Positions 29,866-39,717 of a stretch of 64,000 nt of DNA are shown one piece after another. A program made the translations under genes and the position numbers. The notes beneath the pieces are model-generated. The model made no database searches and was not told where the DNA came from. It worked only from the letters and a program-made list of their open reading frames with translations. The first letter of the stretch is position 1. Every line of letters starts with the position of its first letter. The DNA comes from a virus, in the IMG/VR virus record IMGVR_UViG_3300045996_001242, positions 13,645-77,644 of that record; one strand, 5' to 3'.

Positions 29866-30393
29866 TTAGTTCGGCTTGCCGAGGTTGGCGAACAGTGACT
29901 TCGCCTTCACGGTCGGATCGACTTCCGCGGCCGGCGGGGGCGGCGGTGCCGAGGTCGAGACGTCAGGGAAGATCTTCGTCGTGGCCGTGACAGGCTTGGC
30001 CTTCGCTGGCTCCTGGACCGGCGCCGTCTCAGGCTTCGGCGGATCCACGTCGAACGGGGGTTCGTCCTTTACCTCTGGCTCAGGAGCTGCCTCGATCGTC
30101 GCGGCCGGCAGGGGTGCCGGAGCCGGAATGGGCTTGGTCGACCGGGGCTTGGAAGCCGGCTTGGTTGTGGGAGCGGGCTTCTCGGCCGGCAGATCCCCAG
30201 CCGTGCTGGTGATGTCGATGAAGCCGGCAAGGTCGCCCTTGTCGTCGTCGGCGAATTCGACGTCGATCTTGGCATCCGGTGCGGCTGCCAGCTCGACCTT
30301 GGCTTTGATAAAGGCGAGGACAGCTTCCTTGAGCTCATCCTGGTTCAGGATGACCTGGGTGACCGTCACGACGCGGGCGGTGGAAATTTGCAT
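29866..30393 (-). CDS. Hypothetical protein with Pro/Ala-rich C-terminal half
   Basis: Follows the resolvase as in N4-like phages; ends KSLFANL. Confidence 0.6.
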   Translation of the reverse strand: MQISTARVVTVTQVILNQDELKEAVLAFIKAKVELAAAPDAKIDVEFADDDKGDLAGFIDITSTAGDLPAEKPAPTTKPASKPRSTKPIPAPAPLPAATIEAAPEPEVKDEPPFDVDPPKPETAPVQEPAKAKPVTATTKIFPDVSTSAPPPPPAAEVDPTVKAKSLFANLGKPN

Positions 30394-30398
30394 TGGGT

Positions 30399-30956
30399 TC
30401 AGACCTCTTTGAAGAGTCGCATCAGCTGTTGGAACATGGGCGTTCGCACGCCCGAATGGATGGCGGCAATGGCATCGGCCAGATGCTCGGCTTTATCAGG
30501 GATTTTCCCGGCGTGCCACGGCCAATTCGCGTCAGGGTAAAGCTCATAACCCCTGTCGATCATTTGCCGCTTGGTGGCGTTTTTGTCGCCGGCGAGGAGA
30601 AGCTTGCTCTCCGAGGCAGTGACCTCGATGATGGATATGCCGAGAGCACGAACCGCCCCCAGGATGCCCACACAGATGCCGTAGCTGGCCATCGCCCTGG
30701 CCGACTGGGAGCCGACCGGGACTTCGACGAAGATCGCCTTGGCCTTTCGTGCTGCGGCGATGACGGGCCCTGCCAGCTGTTCGGCCCGGTGGAGGTCGTT
30801 GGAATTGACGCGCACCTGCTTGCCCGCCAGGTCCATGGGTTGAACCAGGGACAGGGTCGGGCTCGCAAGTACGCCGGTCTCGAGACAGAGGGACGCCTCG
30901 GCAAGGCCCCAGTTTTTGAGACTTGGATCCATGCCGAGGACGTTGATCAGCATCAT
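30399..30956 (-). CDS. RuvC-like Holliday junction resolvase
   Basis: VLGMDPSLKNWG, FVEVPVGSQSARAM, HLADAIAA acidic catalytic pattern. Confidence 0.8.
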   Translation of the reverse strand: MMLINVLGMDPSLKNWGLAEASLCLETGVLASPTLSLVQPMDLAGKQVRVNSNDLHRAEQLAGPVIAAARKAKAIFVEVPVGSQSARAMASYGICVGILGAVRALGISIIEVTASESKLLLAGDKNATKRQMIDRGYELYPDANWPWHAGKIPDKAEHLADAIAAIHSGVRTPMFQQLMRLFKEV

Positions 30957-30973
30957 CGAGCCCCCAAGGCTGA

Positions 30974-31756
30974 TCAGTTAGCGCCGCCGAACAGCGACGT
31001 CGTGGGCTTGGCGGCCCCGTTCGCTTTCGGAGGACCGCCGGCACCGTTCGGACGGCCGCTACGGCCACCCTGGGCGCTGGCACCGTCCTTGATCGAACGG
31101 CGGTCCAGCGTGTTGCCGGTGTTGCGCTCGACCCAGGCGCCATAGAAGGTCGCCGTCTGGATGCCCTTGCGGGCCTCGACGACGGTCAGCTTTGAGGGCG
31201 AGTGGAAGATCTTGTCGATCGCGTTCTCCTCGCGGCTGTCGGCGGTGTCCTCGTACTCACCAGACGTGGCGTTCCGCACCTGCTTGTTGCGGAGCACCTT
31301 CTGGATGCCGAGGATGACCTCCTTGCCGAGCAGCTCGACGAGCATGGGGACGGCGGTCGGGACTTCCTTCTTCTGGTCGAAGTCGTAGATGTTGACCATC
31401 TTCTCCTCGGCCGGCTGCTCGGAGAGCGGCTTGTTGGTGGTCACGAGGCAGAGGTCCTCGATGACCGTGAAGCCGGGCAGTGGGAACTTCTTTTTGCTGT
31501 CGTCGCCCTTGCCCATGTAGAAGTTGAGGTCGTCCTTGTTGGTGACCCAGAAGGTCTCCCGGTATTCGCCGTCGCCGAGATCGACCACGATCGTGACGCT
31601 GCGTGCCTTGGAGTTGGCGGACTTGCCGGCGTAGGCCAGCTTGATCGTCCCGAGGTAGGCGCCGGACTCACGGACCCGGAAGCCGCCGATGCGGTCCTGG
31701 GATTCCTCGAGGCCGTCGTTGTTGAGATTGCCGAAAACGTTGGTCATCAGATGCAT
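30974..31756 (-). CDS. Single-stranded DNA-binding protein (N4 gp45-like)
   Basis: YRETFWVT, LPGFTVIEDLCLVT, C-terminal SLFG tail; synteny. Confidence 0.8.
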   Translation of the reverse strand: MHLMTNVFGNLNNDGLEESQDRIGGFRVRESGAYLGTIKLAYAGKSANSKARSVTIVVDLGDGEYRETFWVTNKDDLNFYMGKGDDSKKKFPLPGFTVIEDLCLVTTNKPLSEQPAEEKMVNIYDFDQKKEVPTAVPMLVELLGKEVILGIQKVLRNKQVRNATSGEYEDTADSREENAIDKIFHSPSKLTVVEARKGIQTATFYGAWVERNTGNTLDRRSIKDGASAQGGRSGRPNGAGGPPKANGAAKPTTSLFGGAN

Positions 31757-31791
31757 TCTTTCCTTGGTTCTGATGGTGGATCCTGGATCGA

Positions 31792-32523
31792 TCAGGCGTA
31801 GAACTGGCGCAGATGATCCAGGAGGAGCTGCGCGTCGTTGTCCATGTAGGTCTGCTTCGGGGTGAAGAGGCCCATGGGAGAGCGGATGCGTTCGCCGACC
31901 GTGCCTTTGGTCAGCCGGGTCTGGAAGACGTGCTTGTAGCCAAGCTCGCGGTCCTCATCGGTGATGGTGAGGAGATCCGACCCGTACTTCTCGAGCTCGC
32001 GGAGATCGACCTTCTTGGTCGACACCACGGTCGAGAAATAGGCTTCGATGCCGTTGTTCTTGAGCGCGCCCTTGATGGGGACGGCCCGTTCCATGATGTG
32101 GCTCGACTCGTTGAGCTCGGCCCTGGTGTGACCCAGGATGATGACGGGCTTGCCGAAGTTGACGACCTTGTCCTGCATCAGGTTCTTGAAGAACTGGGCA
32201 TAGGCCGACCACTGCTTCTGGGTGTCCGCGGCGCCGATGATGTAGACGCTCTCGAACATGTCCATGAGGAAGGTCGCGGTGTCGATGATGACGCCGTCCA
32301 CCTTCTCGGGCACGTTCACCATGGCGTGGTCGAAGGCCTCGTAGACCTGGTAGGGGTCGACGATCTTCAGGCTCCAGAACTTGTTCTGGAACGGTAGGCG
32401 CTTCCCGGCCTCGCAGTTGAGGTACATCCACCTCTCCTGGTTCGGGATGTTGCGTAAGCTCGCCGACTTGCCGGATCCCGACTCGCCTGAGATGAGTACG
32501 AGCTGGGTGTTAATCTCTTCCAT
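31792..32523 (-). CDS. AAA-family ATPase (N4 gp44-like)
   Basis: Walker A GESGSGKS, IIDT Walker B, NNGIEAYFSTVV. Confidence 0.85.
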   Translation of the reverse strand: MEEINTQLVLISGESGSGKSASLRNIPNQERWMYLNCEAGKRLPFQNKFWSLKIVDPYQVYEAFDHAMVNVPEKVDGVIIDTATFLMDMFESVYIIGAADTQKQWSAYAQFFKNLMQDKVVNFGKPVIILGHTRAELNESSHIMERAVPIKGALKNNGIEAYFSTVVSTKKVDLRELEKYGSDLLTITDEDRELGYKHVFQTRLTKGTVGERIRSPMGLFTPKQTYMDNDAQLLLDHLRQFYA

Positions 32524-32584
32524 AGTTTCCTCAGTGTTGCGGGGGTATCGGCGATGCGAAGCCCAGAAAAGGAAGCCTGATTGC

Positions 32585-34753
32585 TCAGGCTTCTCCCTGA
32601 TACTTCTTGGCGACGGTGATCATGATGGTCGAGTCTACCTCTTGTTCGTCCATCGGGCTCGCCAATTTCTTGTTGAACGCATGAACTTGATCACGCACGG
32701 CGGGGAGCTCCCAGCCGGAGTCGACCAGGCAGAGGGCATACTTGATCATCTGGTTGTTACGGTTGCCGTTGCCGATGCGTTCGGCGAACCAGCGTTCCAG
32801 ATTGTCGAGCGAGTCGAGCTGCTGGCTCTGCTTGCGCCGCTCTTCGTTCCGGCTCGTCTTGGGGATGAAGTAGGAGGCGTCGAGGAGCTTGCCCTCGTTG
32901 TAGTGGTAGGAGCCACCGTGGAACGACTCCGACTTCTTCTCCCGCTTGATGTAGCTCTCGTCGGTCCCGAAGGGGAGCCATGCGAAGATCCCTCGCATGA
33001 ACTCCTTGTATTCCTCGTTGTCGAGCTCGAGCCGGTAGTTGATCGGCAGCAGCATCCGGAAGCGATCGCGGACCTCGCCATTCTCGTCCGGCACCTGATG
33101 ACGCTTCGTCGTGTAGGTCAGGAACCTATAGTCCGCCATCAGCTCCTGAGCTGCCTGGAGGGAGATCCCTTCATCCACGTCGATGGCGATCATGTTGAAG
33201 CCGGCGATGACGTTCTCTTCGGCCCGGTGACCTTGCTTGAAGTGATGGTTGACCCAGTGCTTGCCCTCGGCTTGCGTGAGGACGTGCAGCTGGTCGAACG
33301 GCACCTCTTCGGTGAGATAGTCGTAGGCCCAGTGGTCCGAGTAGGAGACCACCATCTTCGATAGATCGGTCTCCTCGAGCGTCTCGCCCTTGAAGAACTC
33401 GATGCCGTCGACGAACGTCTTCTTGATGATGACGTTGTTCCGGTAGCCCCAGCCCATCGCCAGCATCATCATGTCGTTCCGCGGGCTCTGGGCCCTCGGG
33501 TAGAAGGGAAGTTTCTCGTGGATGTCGGCGTGGGTCTGCTCCATGCCGACCTGGGCGATGTACTTGGCGAGCTTCACGTAGGTCATCTCGCGGCTGAGGA
33601 TCTTCTGGAAGGCTGCCCCCGACTCCTCGACGAGCTTGATGGCTGCGTGGAGGTGGCTGAGCTCGATCAGCGTGGACCCATCGACGAAGGCGAAGGCGCC
33701 GGCGAGCTTGAGGGCCTTGGAGTGACGATGCTCCATCTCGGCCTTCTTGATCTCCTCGTGCTCGCCCATCTCGTGCGACAGCTTGAGGCAGTTGTCGTGG
33801 TATTCGATGAGCTCGATGCCGACGTCGTCGATGACTTCGACACGCCAGCCGAAGATCGCCGGATCCGCGAGCTTCTCGAACACCTGATACCACTTGTTCA
33901 CGGCCGCGCTGTTGGCCGGATCGATACGCATGGCGTACTTCTCCGCGGCCGAGAGCTGACCGCCGGCGAGCGACTTGGTGCCCATCCCGAAGATGCAGCG
34001 GCGGGCATAGCCGGTCTCGAGGAGCGAGTAGAACTCGGTCTCGGTCTGGCCGCCGTCGAAGAGCTTCGAGGGGGTGCCGAACAGCAGCATGTTGGTCGGG
34101 GTGGAGCCATCGAGCTCCTCGCCACGCTGGTTGTCGGAGGTGTTCTTCACCAACTTGATGTTGATGAGCCCGTTGTCATAGAGCTCGAGGAAGGCGGTGA
34201 GGACTTCCGTCTCGCGCAGGAGGTTCGAGCCGATCTCGTCGATCTGCATGTTGATCGATCCGGCGCCGGCGATGAGCAGCTTCTGACGCAGCTGCTTGAC
34301 GGCAGGGGTGGTGCCCGAGTCGAAGGTGAAGGGGTAGGCGCCGTAGGAGCGGTACTCCTTGTTGACCTTGTCGAATTCTTCCTGCTGGTCGGTGCCGTTG
34401 CGGGCCGCCCGGTTGTTGGCGAGGACCCACATGTTCTGCTCGGCGATGACCGGCAGGGTGTCCTCCATGAAGCGGGTTTTGAAGCCCTTGAGGAGCTCGT
34501 TCTCCATCACATGGATCGAGTGACCCTTGCCGAAGCCGGATGGAGCCAGGCCAAGCGCATAGACGTTGACCGGCATCTCGCCGCGGTCCTTGGTGATGAT
34601 CGTCGCACGCATGGTGCCGGCGATCTTGCCAATGAAGTAGGCGACCTCGGCCTGGAAGAAGCTACGGTCCTCCTGCTGGGTCTTGGCGCAGAGAACGTCG
34701 ACGGTCTCGGTGATGACCGGGTGGTGCTGAACGGTGGCGAGATCAGGCAACAT
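32585..34753 (-). CDS. N4 gp43-like primase/replication protein
   Basis: SGFGKG P-loop, DEIGSNL, C-terminal GNRNNQMIKYA primase C-terminal-like motif. Confidence 0.8.
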   Translation of the reverse strand: MLPDLATVQHHPVITETVDVLCAKTQQEDRSFFQAEVAYFIGKIAGTMRATIITKDRGEMPVNVYALGLAPSGFGKGHSIHVMENELLKGFKTRFMEDTLPVIAEQNMWVLANNRAARNGTDQQEEFDKVNKEYRSYGAYPFTFDSGTTPAVKQLRQKLLIAGAGSINMQIDEIGSNLLRETEVLTAFLELYDNGLINIKLVKNTSDNQRGEELDGSTPTNMLLFGTPSKLFDGGQTETEFYSLLETGYARRCIFGMGTKSLAGGQLSAAEKYAMRIDPANSAAVNKWYQVFEKLADPAIFGWRVEVIDDVGIELIEYHDNCLKLSHEMGEHEEIKKAEMEHRHSKALKLAGAFAFVDGSTLIELSHLHAAIKLVEESGAAFQKILSREMTYVKLAKYIAQVGMEQTHADIHEKLPFYPRAQSPRNDMMMLAMGWGYRNNVIIKKTFVDGIEFFKGETLEETDLSKMVVSYSDHWAYDYLTEEVPFDQLHVLTQAEGKHWVNHHFKQGHRAEENVIAGFNMIAIDVDEGISLQAAQELMADYRFLTYTTKRHQVPDENGEVRDRFRMLLPINYRLELDNEEYKEFMRGIFAWLPFGTDESYIKREKKSESFHGGSYHYNEGKLLDASYFIPKTSRNEERRKQSQQLDSLDNLERWFAERIGNGNRNNQMIKYALCLVDSGWELPAVRDQVHAFNKKLASPMDEQEVDSTIMITVAKKYQGEA

Positions 34754-35723
34754 AGTAGAGATCTTTCTGCTTGCAGGCGTTGAACGCCGGGCAGAACTCG
34801 CAGGCCCGCACCTCACCAGGGACGGCGATGACGGTGCCCTTACCCTTGCTCGCCAGGAAGGCGTGGGCTTCGGCTTTGTCATCGAAATTCTTGGTGGAGC
34901 GGCCCGAGGTTTTGCTCGCGTCGGCGTAGTATTTGTAGACGGTCTCCCCACGCCAAAGCTCCTTATCGGTGCATTGCGGGATCTGCTCGTCCGGGGCGTT
35001 CTGGTACTTCCTGAGCTCGCGCAGCTTGGCGATGATGAACTGCTCGGTGGCCTCGATCGAGGGCAGCTCGACCGGGTACTCGATCGCCTTGGTCTGCGGG
35101 TAGTCAGGGTCGTTACGGGCCCGGGCCTTCTGCCAGTCGGTGAAGATGAACTGGATGTAGATGTGGTCCGAGGTGATCAGCTCAGGGTTGAGCCAGCGAT
35201 AGATGCCGCCCTGCCAGGCGTAGTCGTCGTCCTTGCGACCCAGGAGGTAGGCGTAGACCGACGTCGACTTGGCATCGAACAGCCGGCCCTCGAGCACGAG
35301 GTCGTACTTGCCGCCGATCTTGTAGGTGACGCCGTCGACCTCGATCTCGCGGAAGGCCCGCTGCTCCATCCAGACCGGCACGATCGCCGGATTGGCGGCC
35401 ACCTGTTCAGGTGTCGGGTTGACGATGATGTTGTTGGCGATGTGGTCGGGGTAGCCGAGCTTCTTCATCGCCCTGGTTCCCGAGACGGTCCACGCCTTCT
35501 CGATCGAGTCGTGGATGGCAGTGCCCATCCGCGAGGCAAGAAAGGCGCTGATGTCGAGCTCGCGCTCGTCCTGGTTCACCCGCCGGCCGAGGACCAGCTG
35601 ACGAGTGCTCTTCAGCATGCTCGTCGCCGAGATGTAATTCGGCTCGTCGATGTAGTCGTATTCGTCGTGGAGGAGCCACACGGCGAGCGGCAGGCTGATG
35701 CCGTGGATGTTCGTCAGTTTCAT
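34743..35723 (-). CDS. PD-(D/E)XK Cas4-like nuclease (N4 gp42-like)
   Basis: GTAIHDSIE, GGKYDL..FDAKSTS, C-terminal CEFCPAFNAC. Confidence 0.8.
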   Translation of the reverse strand: MKLTNIHGISLPLAVWLLHDEYDYIDEPNYISATSMLKSTRQLVLGRRVNQDERELDISAFLASRMGTAIHDSIEKAWTVSGTRAMKKLGYPDHIANNIIVNPTPEQVAANPAIVPVWMEQRAFREIEVDGVTYKIGGKYDLVLEGRLFDAKSTSVYAYLLGRKDDDYAWQGGIYRWLNPELITSDHIYIQFIFTDWQKARARNDPDYPQTKAIEYPVELPSIEATEQFIIAKLRELRKYQNAPDEQIPQCTDKELWRGETVYKYYADASKTSGRSTKNFDDKAEAHAFLASKGKGTVIAVPGEVRACEFCPAFNACKQKDLYYVA

Positions 35724-35747
35724 TGAGGCCTCGAGCTAGACCGGGAT

Positions 35748-35832
35748 TGGTGGAAAGCCGTGGTTCCGCCCCACTCCCCCGTAGGGATCGGATTTACAAT
35801 CCGATTGCCGAAACTACCGGCTTTGGCTTTCC
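35748..35832 (-). tRNA. Non-canonical tRNA-Tyr(GTA)-like cloverleaf
   Basis: GGAAAGCC/GGCTTTCC acceptor plus ACCA; GCCG/CGGC D stem; ATCGGA-TTGTAAA-TCCGAT anticodon arm; CCC/GGG variable arm; GTGG-GGCGGAA-CCAC T arm; 85 nt. Confidence 0.7.
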
Positions 35833-35908
35833 TGGATTTGGAGGGCACGAAGCCAGGGGGCGAAACGCCCCCTGACGTCATGGTGATTTTCTTGATAATC
35901 GGGTGGGA

Positions 35909-36460
35909 TTAAGGGTCCACCCAGGCGCCCCGTGGGAGAGGCAGGTTGAACTCTTTCTCGAGCTCTTCCTGCAGGAGCGCCAAAGCCCTCCAAGCCAAAG
36001 CAGCGCTCTCCCGGGTGTCCCCGTCGAAGCCGCCGCGGCCGGCGAGGTGCCTCATGATGCAGTCGGCATGGTCCATGGACTTGCCGCGGGAGTGGTGCAT
36101 CGGCTGGCCGGGATTATGCTTCTGGTTCCCGAGGTAGGAGATCCTGGCGACCTCGGCCAAGGCGTCCGGGAAATAGTCGAGGAGCCCAGCGGCCATCGGA
36201 TACTGTTTGCGCTCGGCGCTGGTCGTCTCGAGGAGACGCTTACGCTGCGGAGCTGCCGGGGTGACGAGCGTCGGAGGAGTAATCTCCCCCTGGTAAACCG
36301 GCTCCATGTTGGCATGGTTCAAGGTGTCCTGGATCAGCTGCTCATTGAGCACGTCCAGCTTGATCCCGAGCACCGGCGGCTCACGATCGCGGCCGCACTC
36401 CAGGCATTTCCCATTAGCCCAGATGCAGTGGCCGTTGCAGTCATCAGCCTTGGCCATCAC
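35909..36460 (-). CDS. DUF5664-like dATP/dGTP diphosphohydrolase-domain protein with N-terminal Cys cluster
   Basis: FPDALAEVARISYLGNQKH...DCIMRHL...AWRALALLQ. Confidence 0.7.
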   Translation of the reverse strand: MMAKADDCNGHCIWANGKCLECGRDREPPVLGIKLDVLNEQLIQDTLNHANMEPVYQGEITPPTLVTPAAPQRKRLLETTSAERKQYPMAAGLLDYFPDALAEVARISYLGNQKHNPGQPMHHSRGKSMDHADCIMRHLAGRGGFDGDTRESAALAWRALALLQEELEKEFNLPLPRGAWVDP

Positions 36461-36750
36461 TTCGGCTCCCCGGCTTCAGTCGCGAAAGAGCCCTCGAATT
36501 GCTCTTCGGTCATCTCCCCGAGGTGGCTGACCGAGAGCAGGAAGACGTCGACGATCTTGCCGCCCTTCTCCTGCGGGGTCTCGCTGACGAAGCGGCGCAT
36601 CAGGCCGTCCTGGGCCGCGGCCATGTCCTCGCGGGCGAAGAATGGCTGGGTGGTTCGGACCAGGGTGTTGAGGCCCTTCTGGCCGATCTGCCCCTTGGGT
36701 CCGGCGGCAAGGACGTTGCCCGCGACGAGCCAATAGTGCTTGGCGCTCAT
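36457..36750 (-). CDS. Conserved N4-like hypothetical protein
   Basis: HYWLVAGNV...VSHLGEMTEEQF; downstream of the DNA polymerase. Confidence 0.6.
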   Translation of the reverse strand: MSAKHYWLVAGNVLAAGPKGQIGQKGLNTLVRTTQPFFAREDMAAAQDGLMRRFVSETPQEKGGKIVDVFLLSVSHLGEMTEEQFEGSFATEAGEPK

Positions 36751-37023
36751 GGTGGAATTCTCTCCGGGATTTACGACAGAACCGATCGGCGAGTCGCTGT
36801 GGCACGACTTGTAATCGATCAGAGTTTCTATCATAGGGGATTATCTCGAAACTGACCACAATTAAGTGTGGTGATTTTCAGAGAAAATCAGGAGCTACTA
36901 GATCTAGTGGGTTGGCCGTCTCTCCGGCCTGTCACGCGCTCTGTTCGTCGGCGTTCACGTCCGGTTGCTCCGCATTTGATTCCGCTGCAGCAACCGGCAA
37001 GGAGCCCGGAATTCCTAGCCCGC

Positions 37024-39708
37024 CTAAGCGGCGAGCTTCATCACGTGTCCCTCGAAGGCCTCGTAGATCTGAGCCTGGGAGGCATTGTTGGGGATCGAGA
37101 TCTCCGAGCTCCAGTCGGGGTAGAAGATCGAGAACTCGCCCCCGAGCTTCACCTCCTCGTGCCAGATGTCCGGGTGGTTCTGCCACTCGCACGCCTTGAC
37201 CAGGTGAGTGTTGGTGTACTCGATGGCGTCGACGTTGTCCCGGACCAGGCAGTAGTTGGCGTCGTGGATCTGGGCGCACGGCCGGATGTCGTGGCGGAAC
37301 TCGCTCTTGCGGACCTTGCCGTAGAACTCAGAGCCCGCTCTCGAGTTGAGCAGGCACCAGGACTGCCCGAGGGCGTTCCCCGCTGTACGGCCTTCCGCTT
37401 CAGCCTGGTAGGGCGTTTTGGTCGTGCCGAGCACCGTACGGTGCAGGAGCGGCGTCCGTACCCTCAGCCCGAAGGCCACGGTCACATAGCCGTCCTTGCA
37501 GGCCTGAGCCAGCTTCGCCTGGATCCAGTTGTCCGAGACCACGTAGAGCTCGTGGTAACTCTTCTCGACCGCCTTGGCTTTCGCTTCCGGCCAGCCTAGG
37601 GCGTTCATGATCCCCATATAGGTCCCGCCGTAGGTCAGGAGAAACGTCGGCACCTTCGAGTCCTGGCGCAGCGCCGGGTACTTCTCCTGGATCGAGTTGA
37701 TCAGCTCGACCGTCATGTCGAGGTTCAGGAACGCCGGCATCTGGTCGGCGAAGTAGCTGTGGGCCCGCAACGAGTGGCCGTCATAGCCATCCGTATAGAC
37801 CTTGAGCTTGTTCGGGTCCTTCGTGGTGAGCGCCGAGATCCGGTCCTCGAGGGATGCGAAGTCGATGCCGCAGAAGAACCAGCCCGGAGGCGCCTGGAAG
37901 CAGTATTTGATCAGCTTGCCCAGGCTCAGCTTGCCCTTCTTGGCGTACCGCTGGAGGAGCGGGAAGCGATCGAGGAGCGCCTGCATGATCTTCATCTCGA
38001 CGTTGGCCGGGATGTTCTGGAGGTTCGGGTCGCTCGACGAGAGCCGTCCGGAGACGGTGCCGCCGAGGTTGAAGTTCCCGAACAGCCAGTGCCACCCGTC
38101 AGGCCCCAGCTGGGCGCCTTTGAGGGCCGGGATGAAGGTCTCGAGGATGGTTGCGACAGCGCTGTATTCCATCAGCGCGGTCAGGAAGTCCTTCACCTCC
38201 TGGCTCTGGGCATGGTTGATCAGCTTCTCGAGAGTCTTGCCGCCGGTCGCCGGCTGCTTGGTGTCCGTCCGGTCGATGACCGGCAGCCCCAGGTCTTCGT
38301 AGAGGAGCTTCTGCAGCTGCGGACCCGAGTTCGGGTTGAACGTCACCTCTTTGCGAGTCGGCTCGTGGGTCTTGGCGAGCTCGCCCATCTCGGCGACGGT
38401 CATGCGCTTCTTGACCCACTCGGCGTTCATCTTCGCCGTGTAGGCCTCGAGACGCTGGTACTCGAACTGCTGGATCATCGGCAGCTGCAGCATCCTGGCC
38501 CGGGCGTCTTCGGAGAGCGTGAGCAGGATCTCTTCGACCTGCAGCACCCGCTCCATGTTGACGGGCATGCCGGTCAGCTGCATCTGGATGATGTCGACGA
38601 TCGCCGGCTTGAAGATCGTCTCGTAGATCTCGAGCTGGTTGTCCTTGACCATCCGCTGGTAGTGCTTCTCGTGGACGAACCAGGTCGAGAGACCATCGAC
38701 GAGATTGTACTGCAGCAGCTGCGGCAGCGGGATCTTGCGGATGTCCTTGATGTCTTCCTGGGCATAGTCCCCGGCGTATTCCTGGGCCTGGATCTTGAGC
38801 TTGAGCTCGTTCTTGCCGGCGCAGGAATTGGTGGCCAGGTACGTGATGAGCTTAGTGTCGTCCCAGTTGCGCAGCATCACCTCGAGCCCATGCAGGAGCC
38901 CCTCGTTGTCGAGCAGGTCCTTCATGAACAGCTGGTAGATCAGCACGTAAACGTCGAAGCTGATGTTGTGGTAGATGGCCTTGCGCTTGAAGCGCTCGAA
39001 GAAGCTCCTCAACAGGGTCCGGCAGGCCGCCGAGTAGGCAGGGTCGTCGAGGATGTCGACCGGGAAGCAGATCCCCTCTGACTTCGACCAGGAGAACGAG
39101 ATCGTCCCGATGCCGGCCGAGTAGTGCTTGAGCGAGAAGGTCTCGGTGTCGATTGCCAGGTCTTTGTCCATGTCGAGCAGGCGCTCGAGCCAGAGGGAGA
39201 TCTCCTGGATCGTCTGGGGGTACTCGCAGAACTTGATGATATCGATGCCGGGATCGGTGTAGGTCCCCAGCATCCAGCGGATCAGGGCGTTGATGCTGGT
39301 GTTGATCTTTTGGGGCACCTTCACCGGATCGTAGTAGATCGAGAGGTAGGCGGGCACGTAGACCAGGTGCCAGTCGCCGAACTCGGTAGCGAAGACGTAG
39401 CCGAGCACCGGGTCGATCTTCTGGACCTTGGTGAAGGTCTTGAAGTAGTCGCCGTCAGCGACGATGAGGTACTGGACGCCGAGCCCCTCGAGGGTCGGCT
39501 TGAGCTCGTCGAGGATGTACTGCTTGCGCTCGGCGGCCGGGGTGCTCTTCTTGCCGGGGCTCTGGTGGAGGGTGATGACGATGATGTCGTCTTCCCTGAG
39601 CCCGTAGGGCGTCACGTATGCCCGGAGGATTTCGTCCCTTTTGATCTCGTTGACGAGGATGGCGATCTTGTAGGTGGGCCGCTCAGGGCCGAAAGTCAGG
39701 TATCGCAA
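37024..39708 (-). CDS. DNA polymerase family A (N4 gp39-like), TTG start
   Basis: Exo DTETFS; SGRLSSSDPNLQNIP; motif A DFASLEDRI; motif B RQDSKVPTFLLTYGG; motif C QIHDA. Confidence 0.95.
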   Translation of the reverse strand: MRYLTFGPERPTYKIAILVNEIKRDEILRAYVTPYGLREDDIIVITLHQSPGKKSTPAAERKQYILDELKPTLEGLGVQYLIVADGDYFKTFTKVQKIDPVLGYVFATEFGDWHLVYVPAYLSIYYDPVKVPQKINTSINALIRWMLGTYTDPGIDIIKFCEYPQTIQEISLWLERLLDMDKDLAIDTETFSLKHYSAGIGTISFSWSKSEGICFPVDILDDPAYSAACRTLLRSFFERFKRKAIYHNISFDVYVLIYQLFMKDLLDNEGLLHGLEVMLRNWDDTKLITYLATNSCAGKNELKLKIQAQEYAGDYAQEDIKDIRKIPLPQLLQYNLVDGLSTWFVHEKHYQRMVKDNQLEIYETIFKPAIVDIIQMQLTGMPVNMERVLQVEEILLTLSEDARARMLQLPMIQQFEYQRLEAYTAKMNAEWVKKRMTVAEMGELAKTHEPTRKEVTFNPNSGPQLQKLLYEDLGLPVIDRTDTKQPATGGKTLEKLINHAQSQEVKDFLTALMEYSAVATILETFIPALKGAQLGPDGWHWLFGNFNLGGTVSGRLSSSDPNLQNIPANVEMKIMQALLDRFPLLQRYAKKGKLSLGKLIKYCFQAPPGWFFCGIDFASLEDRISALTTKDPNKLKVYTDGYDGHSLRAHSYFADQMPAFLNLDMTVELINSIQEKYPALRQDSKVPTFLLTYGGTYMGIMNALGWPEAKAKAVEKSYHELYVVSDNWIQAKLAQACKDGYVTVAFGLRVRTPLLHRTVLGTTKTPYQAEAEGRTAGNALGQSWCLLNSRAGSEFYGKVRKSEFRHDIRPCAQIHDANYCLVRDNVDAIEYTNTHLVKACEWQNHPDIWHEEVKLGGEFSIFYPDWSSEISIPNNASQAQIYEAFEGHVMKLAA

Positions 39709-39717
39709 TGTGGTTTC

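Noticed and set aside
34743-35723. Cas4-like gene as evidence of a CRISPR system
   Set aside because: No repeat-spacer array or other cas genes were seen; this is a core N4-like nuclease.
35909-36460. Z-genome (2-aminoadenine) pathway
   Set aside because: No PurZ or DatZ-like genes are visible in the window, and a DUF5664-like domain alone is insufficient.
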